Of a stretch of DNA of 64,000 nucleotides, positions 27,520-40,364 are shown one piece after another. How positions within the stretch are numbered: the first letter of the stretch is position 1; each line of letters begins with the position of its first letter. The stretch is taken from NCBI GenBank assembly GCA_964016885.1, contig OZ024744.1, forward strand, positions 135,656,001 through 135,720,000. Reading direction: 5' to 3'. The notes beneath the pieces were generated by a model. That model was not told the origin of the DNA and did no database searches. It saw nothing but the letters and a program-made list of their open reading frames with translations. Position numbers and translations under genes: made by a program. The DNA is from Eledone cirrhosa. Taxonomy: Eukaryota.

Positions 27520-28574
27520 ATCATCATCATCATCATCATTAATTTACGTCCGCTTTTCCCTGCTTGCAAGGGTTAGGACGGGTCCTATTCAGCACAGCAT
27601 CTCTCCACTTGTCACGGTCCTTCGTCATCTCCTCCATGAGCTTCAGCGATCTGATGTCTGCTCTCACCACCTCCGCCCATGTTTTTCGTGGTCTTCCTCT
27701 ACTGCGTATTCCCTCCACTGGGATTTCTTGGCACTTCTTCACCCATTGGTCATCCTCCATGCACTTCACATGTCCATACCATCTTAGTCTTCTCTCCTGC
27801 ACACAACTTATCCCTCTTATACCCAGTTTCTTTCTCAACTCGTCTATGCTTGGTCGTTCACGCACATTGACATTGCACATCCAACGAAGCATGCTTGCTT
27901 CATTTCTCTCCAGCCGTCGCATATCTTCTGTAGTTGCTGCCCATGTCTCACTACCATGCAGCATCGCGCTCCTCACACAGGCATCATATAACCGGCCTTT
28001 CGTATGCAGGGAGAAACCCTTCTTCATCAGCAGAGGAAGCAGCTCCCTAAACTTCTTCCAACCTGTCCTTATTCTAGATACTATGGCCTCAGAACACCCC
28101 CCTCCCATGCTAATCTGATCTCCTATCAAGCTATCAACCACTTCTATAGATCCCACCTGCATTTGAAAAATGTGTCTATCAGTGCGACTTCTACTGTCTA
28201 ATTTCCCTGTACATCTACTGCATACGTATTTCTCCCTACCTGTTAGTTTGCCTGCTTTCCCACTACATCTCACGTGTAACCAAGATCTGCATTGTGGACA
28301 TTTTATAGAATTTATGCCAGTTCCTTTTCTGCATATCAAACATGGCCATTTCCCTGATGAAATCAGAGTTTTGTCCTCTTTCCTACATATCAACACTTTT
28401 GTCTTAGCTAGGTTCACTCTCAGTCCTCTTGCTTCCAACTGCTGTTTCCATAGCCAGAATCTCTTCTGTAGCTCCTCTACTGATTCTGCTACAAGAACCA
28501 GATCGTCAGCATAGAGAAGTTCCCATGGACAGCCAGTCTTAAACTCCTCTGTTATGGCTTGGTGGACTATAATG
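27520..28574 (-). mobile_element. 5'-truncated RTE LINE, same family as 23030-26485
   Basis: 299-aa ORF covering the RT end, zinc finger, GSETW and RRLRWYGHV, with an (ATG)n tail. Confidence 0.93.
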
Positions 28575-28850
28575 GTACTTGGGCAAGGTTATACTCAAGT
28601 ATATATGGTATGGGGGGGGGGAGTTATATTATACACAAGTATATATGGTACATGTGGGGGGGGGGTTATATTTATACACAAGTGTATATGGTACATGGGT
28701 GGGGTGGGTATATTATACATAAGTATATGTGGTACTTGGGGTATAATTATACACAAGTATATATGGTACATGGGGATGGAAGTTATACGCAAGTATATAT
28801 GGTATATGGGAGGGATCAAATTATGAATGAGTATATATGGTATATTTCCT
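28575..28850. repeat. Degenerate ~37-40 bp tandem repeat interrupted by the RTE insertion
   Basis: TTATACACAAGTATATATGGTACATG(G)n units; one further unit at ~27480-27520 on the other side of the RTE. Confidence 0.75.
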
Positions 28851-28929
28851 ATTTTCAAAGATGAAGTTAATAATCTGAATAATTAAAATCTCACAAGGTA
28901 ATCATTCTCATGTCAGTGGCACAATAAAA

Positions 28930-31227
28930 TGCAGAGTGTACTGGGCGTATTTTATCATGACACCACCACTACCACTTTACAGAGTGTACTGGGTGTATCA
29001 TATGATGACACCAACACTACCACTTTACAGAGTGTACTGGGTGTATCATATCATGACACCAACACTACCACTCTACAGAGTGTACTGGGTGTATTATATC
29101 ATGACACCAACACTACCACTTTAAGGAGTGTACTGGGTGTATTATATCATGACACCAACACTACCACTTTAAGGAGTGTACTGGGTGTATTATATCATGA
29201 CACCAACACTACCACTTTAAGGAGTGTACTGGGTGTATTATATCATGACACCAACACTACCACTTTACAGAGTGTACTGGGTGTATTATATCATGACACC
29301 AACACTACCACTTTAAGGAGTGTACAGGGTGTTTTATATCATGTCACCAACACTACCACATTACAGAGTGTACTGGGTGTATTATATCATGACACAACAC
29401 TACCACATTACAGAGTGTACTGGGTGTATTATATCATGACACAACACTACCACATTACAGAGTGTACTGGGTGTAGTCTATCATGACACCAACACTACCA
29501 CTTTACAGAGTGTACTGGGTGTATTATACCATGACACCAACACTACCACATTACAGAGTGTACTGGGTGTATTATATCATGACACCAACACTACCACTTT
29601 ACAGAGTGTACTGGGTGTATTATATCATGACACCAACACTACCACTTTACAGAGTGTACTGGATGTATTATATCATGACACCAACACTACCACTTTACAG
29701 AGTGTACTGGGTGTATTATATCATGACAACAACACCACCACTTTACAGAGTGTACTGGGTGTATTCTATCATGACACCAACACTACCACTTTACAGAGTG
29801 TACTGGGTGTATTATATCATGACACCAACACTACCACATTACAGAGTGTACTGGGTGTATTATATCATGACACCAACACTACCACTTTACAGAGTGTACT
29901 GGGTGTATTTCATCATGACACCAACACTACCACTTTACAGAGTGTACTGGGTGTATTATGTCATGACACCAACACTACCACATTACAGAGTGTACTGGGT
30001 GTATTATATCATGACACCAACACTACCACTTTACAGAGTGTACTGGGTGTATTATGTCATGACACCAACACTACTACATTACAGAGTGTACTGGGTGTAT
30101 TTTATCGTGACACCAACACTGCCACTTTACAGAGTGTACTGGGTGTATTATATCATGACACCAACACTACCACTTTACAGAGTGTACTGGGTGTATTATA
30201 TCATAACACCAACACTACCACTTTACAGAGTGTACTGGGTGTTTTATATCATGACACCAACACTACCACTTTACAGAGTGTACTTGGTGTATTATATCAT
30301 GACACCAACACTACCACTTTACAGAGTGTACTGGGTGTATTATATCATGACACCAACACTACCACTTTACAGAGTGTACTGGGTGTTTTATATCATGACA
30401 CCAACACTACCACTTTACAGAGTGTACTGGGTGTATTATATCATGACACCAACACTGCGACTTTACAGAGTGTACTGGGTGTATTTTATCATGACACCAA
30501 CACTACCACTTTACAGAGTGTACTTGGTGTATTATATCATGACACCAACACTACCACTTTACAGAGTGTACTGGGTGTTTTATATCATGACACCAACACT
30601 ACCACTTTACAGAGTGTACTGGGTGTATTATATCATGACACCAACCTACCACTTTACAGAGTGTACTGGGTGTATTATATCATGACACCAACCTACCACT
30701 TTACAGAGTGTACTGGGTGTATTATATCATGACACCAACACTACCACTTTACAGAGTGTACTGGGTGTATTATGTCATGACACCAACACCACCACTTTAC
30801 AGAATGTACTGGGTGTATTTTATCATAACACCAACACTACCACTTTACAGAGTGTACTGGGTGTATTATATCATGACACCAACACTACCACTTTACAGAG
30901 TGTACTAGGTGTATTATATCATGACACCAACTCTACCACTTTACAGAGTGTACTGGGTGTATTATATCATGACACCAACACTGCCACTTTACAGAGTGTA
31001 CTGGGTGTATTATATCATGACACCAACTCTACCACTTTACAGAGTGTACTGGGTGTATTATATCATAACACCAACACTACCACTTTACAGAGTGTACTGG
31101 GTGTATTATATCATGACACCAACACTACCACTTTACAGAGTGTACTGGGTGTATTATATCATGACACCAACACTACCACTTTACAGAGTGTACTGGGTGT
31201 ATTTTATCGTGACACCAACACTACCAA
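28930..31227. repeat. 48-bp minisatellite, ~48 copies
   Basis: Unit CAGAGTGTACTGGGTGTATTATATCATGACACCAACACTACCACTTTA. Confidence 0.97.
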
Positions 31228-31256
31228 ATTAGGGGTGGGAGGTGTTAATACTTTAC

Positions 31257-31404
31257 CTTTCTGACGACCAAAGAAGACACAGAGCCGTGTGAAGCCATTC
31301 TCTAGCAACGTCTGTTTGACAATATTATCTTGGTCACACAACAACATTACAACTTTCTGTTGGATTATTTCTTGAAGTGTCTGGAGTTCTGCATCATAGC
31401 TGAC
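31257..31404 (-). CDS. PIK3R4: PIK3R4/VPS15 coding exon (148 nt, phase 0/1): [49 protein letters not shown]
   Basis: ccacag acceptor and gtaaag donor. Matches human [48 protein letters not shown]. Confidence 0.97.
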
Positions 31405-32283
31405 CTGTGGAACAGAGAGACATAATGTTAGTGGTGGTGGTGATGGTGGTGGTTGTGGCGATGGTGGAGCAGGGCAGTGTGTAGTGGTGGTGGTGACGGA
31501 TGAGGGGAGAGTGTGGCGGAGGAGGAAAGTTGATTAAATCAACCCCAGTGCATTACTGGTACTTTATTTTATCAATGCTGTAATGATGAAAGGTAAAGTT
31601 AACCTGGCCTATATCACTTTCTAATATAGGCACAGGGTTACATTAGGGGCAAAGGGAATAAATTGAACCCAGTACCTGACTGGAAGTGAAGGGTCATGAC
31701 CAAGAGTTTAGGTTGTTTAACACCAGTGAATTTAGGATAAGCACCAGCCTGCTGAACCACTGGGCTCAAGACAGTCATCCCTTAGTTGCTATTAATTTTA
31801 TGGACCCTAACAAGAATGAAAGCAAAGTTCACCTCAACAGAAATTTAACAAACGCTAAAGATGGCTAAAATTCTAAAATATTTTGAAAATATCGTTGGTT
31901 CCGACTGTTGAGACTTCTCAATGTAATACCATCTCCATATTCTGACATTTAAGAAACCCTTCTATTTCAAACTACCATCTACCACAATTATTTGTTTCTG
32001 ATGCAGACCCTTGCTTGTACATCATAATCGTTTTTATCGAGATTTTTTTCCATGGTTACATGGTTTGGACGAGATCTTTTGAGGCAACGTTTTACACTGA
32101 TGCCCTTCCTGACACCAACCCAGATGGAGTCAGGAAAGGCGTCCGACTGTAAAATACTGCATCAAAAGTCAGGATTTTACCTTACCATCAAACAGTTATA
32201 TTTCTAAATAAAATATTATAGTTAATACAAACTATTGTGAAATATGTCATAAACCACTGATAAATATTTCAGAAAGCCACCAC

Positions 32284-32612
32284 ATCATCATCATCATTTT
32301 ACGTCCGCTTTTCCCTGCTTGCAAGGGTGGGACGGCCTGATTCTGGCTCGATTTCTACAGCTGGATGCCCTTCCTAACACCAACCTCATTTACAGTGAGT
32401 GCTGGGTGTTTTTTTGCCGTGGCACCTCCACGACCACTTTACAGTGGAATGATAGGGACCCCAGTCCCTATCATCTCATTTCTACAGCTGAGTAAACTGG
32501 AGCAATGTGAAATAAAGTGTCTTGCTCAAGGAAACAACACATCACCCAGGCTGAGAATTGAACTCACAACCTTTCGATTGCAAGACCAATGCTCTAACCA
32601 CTAAGCCATGTG
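32284..32612 (-). mobile_element. Third copy of the tRNA/RTE-tail SINE
   Basis: Closely matches 20900-21240. Confidence 0.88.
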
Positions 32613-32724
32613 GTAGAAATATAGAAAGGGTAAAGTATGACAAATAAAACAAAGTAATGTTTTAGCCAGTATTTCAACATATTTCAGGGTAATTACTCCT
32701 TTTACAGATGTGAAAAGAGGGTAA

Positions 32725-33637
32725 TCTATACATATAAAATGAGGATGTCTGCCTGTGTGTGAGTGAGTTTGAATCCCTAAAACTCGAGAAGCACCCAACC
32801 GACTGTTTTCAAACTTTACACATGTAATACTTATGTTTCAGGGAGTGTTCTGAGCAAAAAAGTTTCAAATATTCAATACCCTAGGGACCACATTAGGCGA
32901 TTTAGCGATCTCTCTCTATAATTCTTAGTCTTTCTCTTTTTAGATAGATACATAGATATAACGTTGCGCCCTTATAATATCTGTCTGTATGTCTGGCTGT
33001 CTGCATTACGTTACTTCCCTGACGGTGTGTGTCTGACTGTGTGTGTGTGTGTGTGTGTCTGTGAGTTTGAATCCCTAAAACTCGAGAAGTACCCAACTGA
33101 TGTTTTTCAAACTTTACATGTTTATTACTTATGTTCCAGGGAGTGTTATGCACATAAAAAAATTCAACATTTTGGTCTCCTAGGGCCCGCATTAGGTGAA
33201 AATCTGCGTTTTTTAAGCTTTTTAGGGGTTTTTTGAGTCGTTACGTCAGACTGATTTCCTTGAAATTGTAACTATGTATTAGTCAGTCTCTTCTTCATAT
33301 GGTGAGCAAAGAAAATCCAACTTTTTTATGGCCTAGGGCCCGCATTAGGTGAAAGATTTCATTTTTTCAGCTTTTTAGGGCTTTTTGGAGGCGTTACATC
33401 TAGCCGATTTTCCAGGCTTATTATGCACATGAAAAAATTCATTTTCTTGATCCCTAGGGCCCACATTAGGTGAAAACCTGCATTTTTCCTGCTTCATCGA
33501 GTAAAATCTTAAAGATTATCCAGCCATCAGAGTATTCGGTTTATTTTCTTTACATATTGTCCAGGCATGCAGTTTTTCCACGATTAGGTCTGTTGGCGGC
33601 CCACGTTCCAAAATACCTTAACCCATGCAACTACTAG
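32725..33637 (+). mobile_element. Non-autonomous Helitron with internal repeats
   Basis: A|TCTATACATATAAAA start and CTAG|T end. Its 5' part matches 26741-27330, and TAGGGCCCGCATTAGGTGAAA recurs internally. Confidence 0.8.
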
Positions 33638-33764
33638 TATGAAATATTACACAAGTCCAAACACATAACTCAATCCAGAATAGCCAAATTACCCAATTTA
33701 TTGCAACTTGACAATAGTTATATCAAAAAATAATTCACATACAACTTTTGACATAAATAACCAC

Positions 33765-34143
33765 CCATACACACATACACACACACAACACAACACATAC
33801 ACACCACTACACACACACATACACACCACTACACATACACAACACTACATACACACACCACTACATATACACACAGCACTACACATACACACACACCACT
33901 ACATATACACACACAACACTACATACACACACACAACACTACATACACACACACAACACAACACAACACTACACACAACACAACACAACACTACACACAC
34001 ACCACTACATATACACACACATTACACACACAAACATTATACACACATTATACATACACACAACATTATACACACATTATACATATATACACACTACATT
34101 ATACACACACAAACATTATACATACACACACACACATTACACA
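33765..34143. repeat. Degenerate (CA)-rich microsatellite
   Basis: CA/TACA/CACTA mosaic. Confidence 0.9.
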
Positions 34144-34225
34144 TGTCAGTCCACCTCAGCTTACAAAAAAAAGAAAGATGATGAACCGATAACAATACAT
34201 CAACTCCAGCCCAGTTTCTTGTTAT

Positions 34226-34266
34226 AGTCTCCTGACGAAGGGTTTTACACCCGAAATATTAGGAAA
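34226..34266 (+). ncRNA. Putative minimal PLE-type hammerhead motif
   Basis: CTGACGA-AGGGT-TTTAC-ACCC-GAAA-TATTA; stem I is weak. Confidence 0.45.
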
Positions 34267-34384
34267 GGTAATTAAAATAACCGGTGACTCACAAACACCT
34301 TTGTTACCTTCAATTTATTGTAACATCTACGTCTATTTTGTATTGTCATAGCCCTCAAATAAAATAACATACTTTAATTAATTA

Positions 34385-35390
34385 ATGCATATAAAAATGA
34401 GAAAACTCATCGCTAGAACAGCCATTAAAACAGCGAAAATATCCCTGCAGCTAGACAACCATAGCCTGTCCATCAGCATTTCCCTGAGGCTCAGCCTCCG
34501 GATCTGCCAGCCACACCAATGTCGCTGCGGTTCCACCGTGGACTCTTTCAGCCTCCACCCGCTTTCCTGTCGCCACAGTGTCGGCCGCATTCCACGCCAT
34601 GCTGCCCTCAACGAGGTCATTAAGTATGGCTTGGACGCTGCAGGCTTCCCTTCCCAGCTCGCGCCGGTGGGGCTGGATCGAGGGGACGGCAAAAGGCCAG
34701 ATGGCCTGACCATCTTCCCGTTCCGCGGTGGCAAACCTCTCGTCTGGGATGCCACTTGCACCGACACTTTCTGCAGCTGCAACCTGGTGCAGTCTGCGAC
34801 TGACCCAGGTTCTGCTGCACGTCCGGCTGAGGGGGCCAAACTCCTCAAATAACGGTCGCTCTCCGAGAGGTTTGCGGTCGTACCCCTGGCAGTGGAGACT
34901 TCTGGTGTCCTCGGTCCTAGGGCTACCTCCCTACTCACCACCATAGGCGCTGAGCTGGCCAGCCACAGCTGTGAGCCCCGCGAGTTGGAGTGGCTCTTCG
35001 AGCGTGTCTCCCTTGCCGTCCTCCCGGGAAACGCCTTCTCCATTCTGTCGGGGCTGTGGGTGGGTCCCATCGCGTACCGTTGTAGTTGTTGTAGAGACCC
35101 TTCTAATTAAATACATATTCTAAATTATTATACAGAGTATTAAAACAGCTAAATGCTGTCAAAGACAGCGATGGGCAAAAATACCTCAGAGGACAGAGGC
35201 AAGTAGTCAACAGAGAGACAATCTACAAGGTGGGTGTCTGTCACCCACCTTGTAGATTGTCTCTCTGTTGACCACTGGCTGCTGGTCTCTGTCCTCTGAG
35301 ACATCACTGTCCCATCACTGTCTTTGACAGCATTTAGCTGTTTTAATGTCTGTTCTAGCGATGAGTTTTCTCACTTTTATATTTATGCAA
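34385..35390. mobile_element. Fold-back (hairpin) MITE split by the CRE-like insertion
   Basis: 35139-35236 pairs with 35242-35348 around a TCTGT loop, and 34385-34434 pairs with ~35338-35390. Confidence 0.75.
34435..35138 (+). mobile_element. 3' fragment of a CRE-like non-LTR element (zinc knuckle plus restriction-like endonuclease)
   Basis: GC-rich: CRCG...HPLSC...RHAALN...KRPDGLT...LVWDAT...AVETSG.LG, with an in-frame stop at ~34850. Flanked by a duplicated ATTAAAACAGC. Confidence 0.8.
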
Positions 35391-35440
35391 ATAATTTTCC
35401 AGTTTGTCTCAGAGACGAATAAATATATAAATGAACTTAC

Positions 35441-35504
35441 TTGATAACGAGTGCCATCTGGGTCAGAATCATCAGAAACATTCAGATGTATCATATCCAG
35501 AACT
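35441..35504 (-). CDS. PIK3R4: PIK3R4/VPS15 coding exon (64 nt, phase 2/0): (R)VLDMIHLNVSDDSDPDGTRYQ
   Basis: ttgcag acceptor and gtaagt donor. In frame with the next exon and in the position of the variable human linker RFLELVQLKNLNMENDP. Confidence 0.8.
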
Positions 35505-35765
35505 CTGCAATTTAAAATTTGATTTAATAAATTTGATAAATGAATACTCCGTCACCCCTAATCACCAACTCTTACCTGGGGTGAATTACTAACGTGAAGT
35601 GCTTTTGGATTGCTAGGATCAGCTTATCTTCACAAAGTTACAATGCAACAACTGCATATAAACAACTTATCTTCTGCAATTTATATATGTATATATATAG
35701 TAATAAGAATATTTATATTTATATATGTTTGATATAACTATAAATATGGAGGGTAGTACTAAGTA

Positions 35766-36538
35766 CTAGCCGGTTACCGGTATGACAAAAGGCTCAATGC
35801 AAATTTTCAAGTGTTTTACAGAGCCGAGATACAAAGTGTTAAAACGATCAAATTTTAGTTTAGAACATTTATTTGCTGACAATTGTTTCTTCCAGATGGT
35901 TGTCTGGAATCATCGGAGCATAAGGAATGTCGAAACATGTAACTAAAATTCTAGTCATTTAAAATATTTAGTGTACATAGTTGTTATTAGTGTCAAAGGC
36001 ATCATGTGGAGACTCAGGAGTTAAAAAGATGTTCTGCTTGAAATAACACAATTACAAGCAGCACTGGTTGAAAGTGTAATAGGTATAAGTAAAGAGCACA
36101 AGCAAAAAAATCACAAACTAAAAAAACAAAGGCAAAGAAGTTATAAGCAAGTTATGCACGAGTCAATACAGTCAATAAGGCCTTATTGACTGTATTGACT
36201 CCTACATTGTACACCAATTTTCCTTGCTTATAACTTTTGCCTGTATTTTTACTTATACCTTTTACAAAAAAGATAACTCTTGTCTTACTTAAAGATAACT
36301 CTTACTTAATCACGAAAATTCACACAAATAGCCAAAACTTTTTTAATGTCTCCAAAAGCCCCAATATCGATTTTTGAAAGCCTTTGTGAATCATTTACAG
36401 GTTTTGTGCAAGGAGAAGCTCTGTAAAAATTTTCAAAGAAATTGCATGAATGGTTTAGAATTTATGAGCCCTCATTAAAAATTGTCCACACACACACACA
36501 CACACACACAGAAAACTTTGTCTTTATATATATACAGA
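35766..36538 (-). mobile_element. Probable non-autonomous Helitron with an internal palindrome
   Basis: Minus strand reads A|TCTGTATATATATAAAG ... CCGGTAACCGG-CTAG|T. Perfect palindrome at 36160-36201. Confidence 0.6.
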
Positions 36539-36793
36539 TATGACTAGACATGAAAAATGCGCAAGCTCAAAAGTGCCACAGAATGTTATAATAAACCTTC
36601 AAAAGTGTGGGACTAGAGTTGTTGCTAAAAAATATTGTAATCATTATATATCGTACATTCTGTGGCATCCTTTATAAAAATAGCTTAAACCAACGAAGCC
36701 TTTATTTTTACGCTATTTCACTTAGTTAATTCTTAGAGTGTAACATATAAAAATATCATTTACAACTATAAAATAAATTAATTAATATAATAA

Positions 36794-36881
36794 CAGAGCT
36801 GCGGAGCTGAAATTTAGGAAATAATGGAGTATCGGATCCTGAGTTGGAGCCAGTCAATTTTTGGCCGACTCCGCAGCCCTG
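36794..36881. mobile_element. Small hAT-like MITE
   Basis: Terminal repeats CAGAGCTGCGGAG / CTCCGCAGCCCTG with a near-identical 8-bp flank (TATAATAA / TATAATAC). Confidence 0.6.
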
Positions 36882-38089
36882 TATAATACATTTCATATTA
36901 AAGTTATTAATAAACCTATTTTATACTTCATGCAAATTACCACGAGATATTGATATTAGATATAAGATACAGCGCAATATCTACAGCTGTAAAAGTACGA
37001 AAGCGAAGTAATAATAAGTGGCTTAAGGTAATTCCAATATGAAAGTTTGTAGTGATAAAAATTTGATAATGCAATACGATTGTTAATATTATAGTTCTAT
37101 GAAAATGTAACAATAGATAACTAAATTATTTTACTATTAGTATATTTAAGAAATTATCATTATAGATTTGATCGTTCATATAAGCATCATATTAAGTTTC
37201 AACACAATTATTTTGTTACTATGAGTATATGATAATAATATTACGTAATTATTTATAGCTGTTATTACATTAAACATAGATGTATTTATTTTTATATGTT
37301 ACACTCTAAGAATTAACTAAGTGAAATAGCGTAAAAATAAAGGCTTCGTTGGTTTAAGCTATTTTTATAAAGGATGCCACAGAATGTACGATATATAATG
37401 ATTACAATATTTTTTAGCAACAACTCTAGTCCCACACTTTTGAAGGTTTATTATAACATTCTGTGGCACTTTTGAGCTTGCGCATTTTTCATGTCTAGTT
37501 TAATATTTTTTTAAGGCAACGCTTGTAATAACTCTAGTTAAACAGGATATATATTAATAATAAATTATCGTTGTAATGTAATTAGATTATGTAATTGTTA
37601 TTATAAATTATCTTATAAATATTAGTGTAAGATGTATAAAAATATTTTCAGACTTTTAATATAAACAACTACAAAATACAATCAATATTAAATCAATATA
37701 TTATACATAATAGAAAACATAAAATATACAATACAAAAACAAAATATTTACATACAATTGCAATTATCAGTGTATATACATTTTCTTTATATTCCCTGAG
37801 CAAATTAATAAGATTTGTTTTTATTGTACATAATTTGATGACTTGTTGGAGTGTATTAAAAGATAGCAACAATTTGTGATTAAATTGTTATCTTAAGCAA
37901 CTCACTTTTTAATAGTTGTTGGCTGAGCGAAATTGTAAAAGCCTATGAGCAAATATAAAAAAAAATACACAAACAACATTTCCTTGTGTTATTACAACAT
38001 TAGATAAAATAATTGAGCAATGTCGTTATATTTTGCTCTTATTGCACATTAATAGTGTTTCTATTTTTCGGCACAAATCCATTACGGCA

Positions 38090-38235
38090 GTCCATTACTG
38101 GTACTTTATTTTATCGAATTAGTAAGTATGAAAGTCGAAGTTAACCTCGGCAGGATTTGAACTTAGAATGCAAAGGACCATAACAATACTGCAAAGCATG
38201 GTGTCTGACGCTCTACCAATACTTGTGTTGAGCTG
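38090..38235 (-). mobile_element. Fragment of a second tRNA-SINE family (related pieces at ~31530-31610, ~39065-39112 and ~63385-63530)
   Basis: Shared ATTACTGGTACTTTATTTTATC...ATGAAAG motif; B-box-like GTTCAAATCC on the minus strand. Confidence 0.6.
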
Positions 38236-38613
38236 GTCATTAATTTATGGTGGTCGTGCGTGGAGTAGAGCAATCGCTAGTTGAAATATTATGAACAAAA
38301 CATTTTTATTTGCCGAAGAACATATTTTCAATACTGTTTGTGAATGTGACGAAGGAAATACATTCTGATATGGAACAGTGTACAAAGTGTGTCTGTGAAT
38401 AACATAATGTTACCTCATGTTGTTGTCAAGACATAATGGATTTCGTATATCCAGTTAGAAGATGAAACCTAGCCATCTCGGATTAGTTATATTTCATGCC
38501 ATGTGTAAACGTGTTTGAGGATAGCAAAATATGCGCGTTAATTATAATAATTAGTTAATAATATTACAAAATATACCTAATTAAACTCTTTGCTTGAAAT
38601 TTTATCATTCTTC

Positions 38614-38704
<91 letters not shown>

Positions 38705-40133
38705 TCTAGTCCTTCGCTCAAGATTAATCTATAAGTTTAGATGTTTGCCTTCGTTTAAGTAAATATTACAGTAAGATTTTTAATATAAACAACTACAAAA
38801 AACAATTAATATTAAAACGAAAAAATTATCAATGATAAAAGAAGCGGATGCAACTTTTTTTTTTATAAAGTTATATTCCTGTTTCTTTAAAGAACATTTC
38901 ATTTTTGTTCTATTGTAGGCGAAATAATGCAATGGTTTAATAGGGAAGATATAACTTCCGAATTATGTCTCTAACCGTGTAACGCTTTTTAAATAGATAA
39001 CTACAATTGAAAATACTAAAGAAATGGAACCAACAATTCAATTTGAAAGTCGTCTAGTGACAGTGTATTACTGGTACTTTATTTTATCGACCCCGTAACG
39101 ATGAAAGGCAAAAATGCAAATGCTTAAAATTTAAATTGCCTTAATTCTATCGTCTGCTGTTTCATTAAAGGGAGATTATCGTCTGTATTTAATTCTATCG
39201 TCTACTGTTCCACTAAACAGATATACCTCCACTATCGTCTCTATTTATACATTTTAACTTATAACTTATACACATTTGATTTGAAATATTTTATCTAGTC
39301 CCCCCTCTCAATATTATGATGATTTCTTTCGAATGAAACAGTTCTAGTCCTGTAGAAGCCATTTATATATATAATTGAACTGAGTTAAAAATTCACAATA
39401 TTTATAATTAAATAAGCTCATATATATATGTGTGTATTTATCTGTTTATTGTATTATATATAATGTGTGTATATACAGGATGTCCCCCCAAAATATATAC
39501 ACACTTCAACAGCATTCTAATAACTATTGCCTGTACAGGTAATCAAAGTGTCAATCGAATGTTAGTTTCGTGTTTTAACAGTACAAATTTACAATACACA
39601 CATAAAACCAGTGTATATACATACATGAGTGTGTATACACATACATGAATGTGTATATACAATATATATGTATATATATATAGACACATATATTCACGGT
39701 GCAACGGTACATTAAAATATAGATGCGGGAGAGGGGGGGTGTATATATAGGGGCGCTGGGGATAAAGGAGTGTAAAGCGTGTGTAATTGATATATTGAAG
39801 GAGAGGAGCGTGCAGCGATAGAGTAACAAATATATAGAGAGGGGGAGAGATGGTATTGAAGGGGAGGAGTGCAAAGCGAAAGAGTAAGAGATATATATAG
39901 AGACGGAACAGATAGAGAGAAACAGGCGTAAGTAACAGTGGAAGAGATATAGAGAGAGGTACTCTGATTGGTTGAAAATTAGCCAATGACATACGATCAC
40001 CACCACCACGGCTATCCCCGAAACATTTTTAAAGAAGCTAGGCATATATGTTAGAACACGAAAAGTGAACATTCTGTTGTTTCACACTTTTCGTGTTCTA
40101 ACAGATAACTTGTGTGTTACACCTCTATTCTTT

Positions 40134-40198
<65 letters not shown>

Positions 40199-40364
40199 GT
40201 ATATACATATATATATATATATATATATACATATATATATACATATATATACATATATATATACATATATATATACATATATATATACATATATATATAC
40301 ATATATATATACATATATATATATACACATATATATATATATACATATATACATATATATATAC

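Larger units (their letters stand above)
36543..38720. repeat. ~2.2 kb segment duplicated almost identically at 61838-64000, containing ~210-bp inverted repeats (36543-36755 / 37287-37499)
   Basis: Direct sequence match. Both copies start exactly at ACTAGACATG with different left flanks. Confidence 0.93.

Noticed and set aside
28929-31232. 400-aa repetitive ORF (MTPTLPLYRVYWVYYI)n
   Set aside because: Minisatellite with a unit length divisible by three, antisense within a VPS15 intron.
35576-35673. Possible extra VPS15 exon (ttgcag ... cag|gtaaga on the minus strand)
   Set aside because: The frame needed to join the next exon contains TAA, and there is no similarity to the expected ENIALLAETALR segment. 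At most a cryptic exon.
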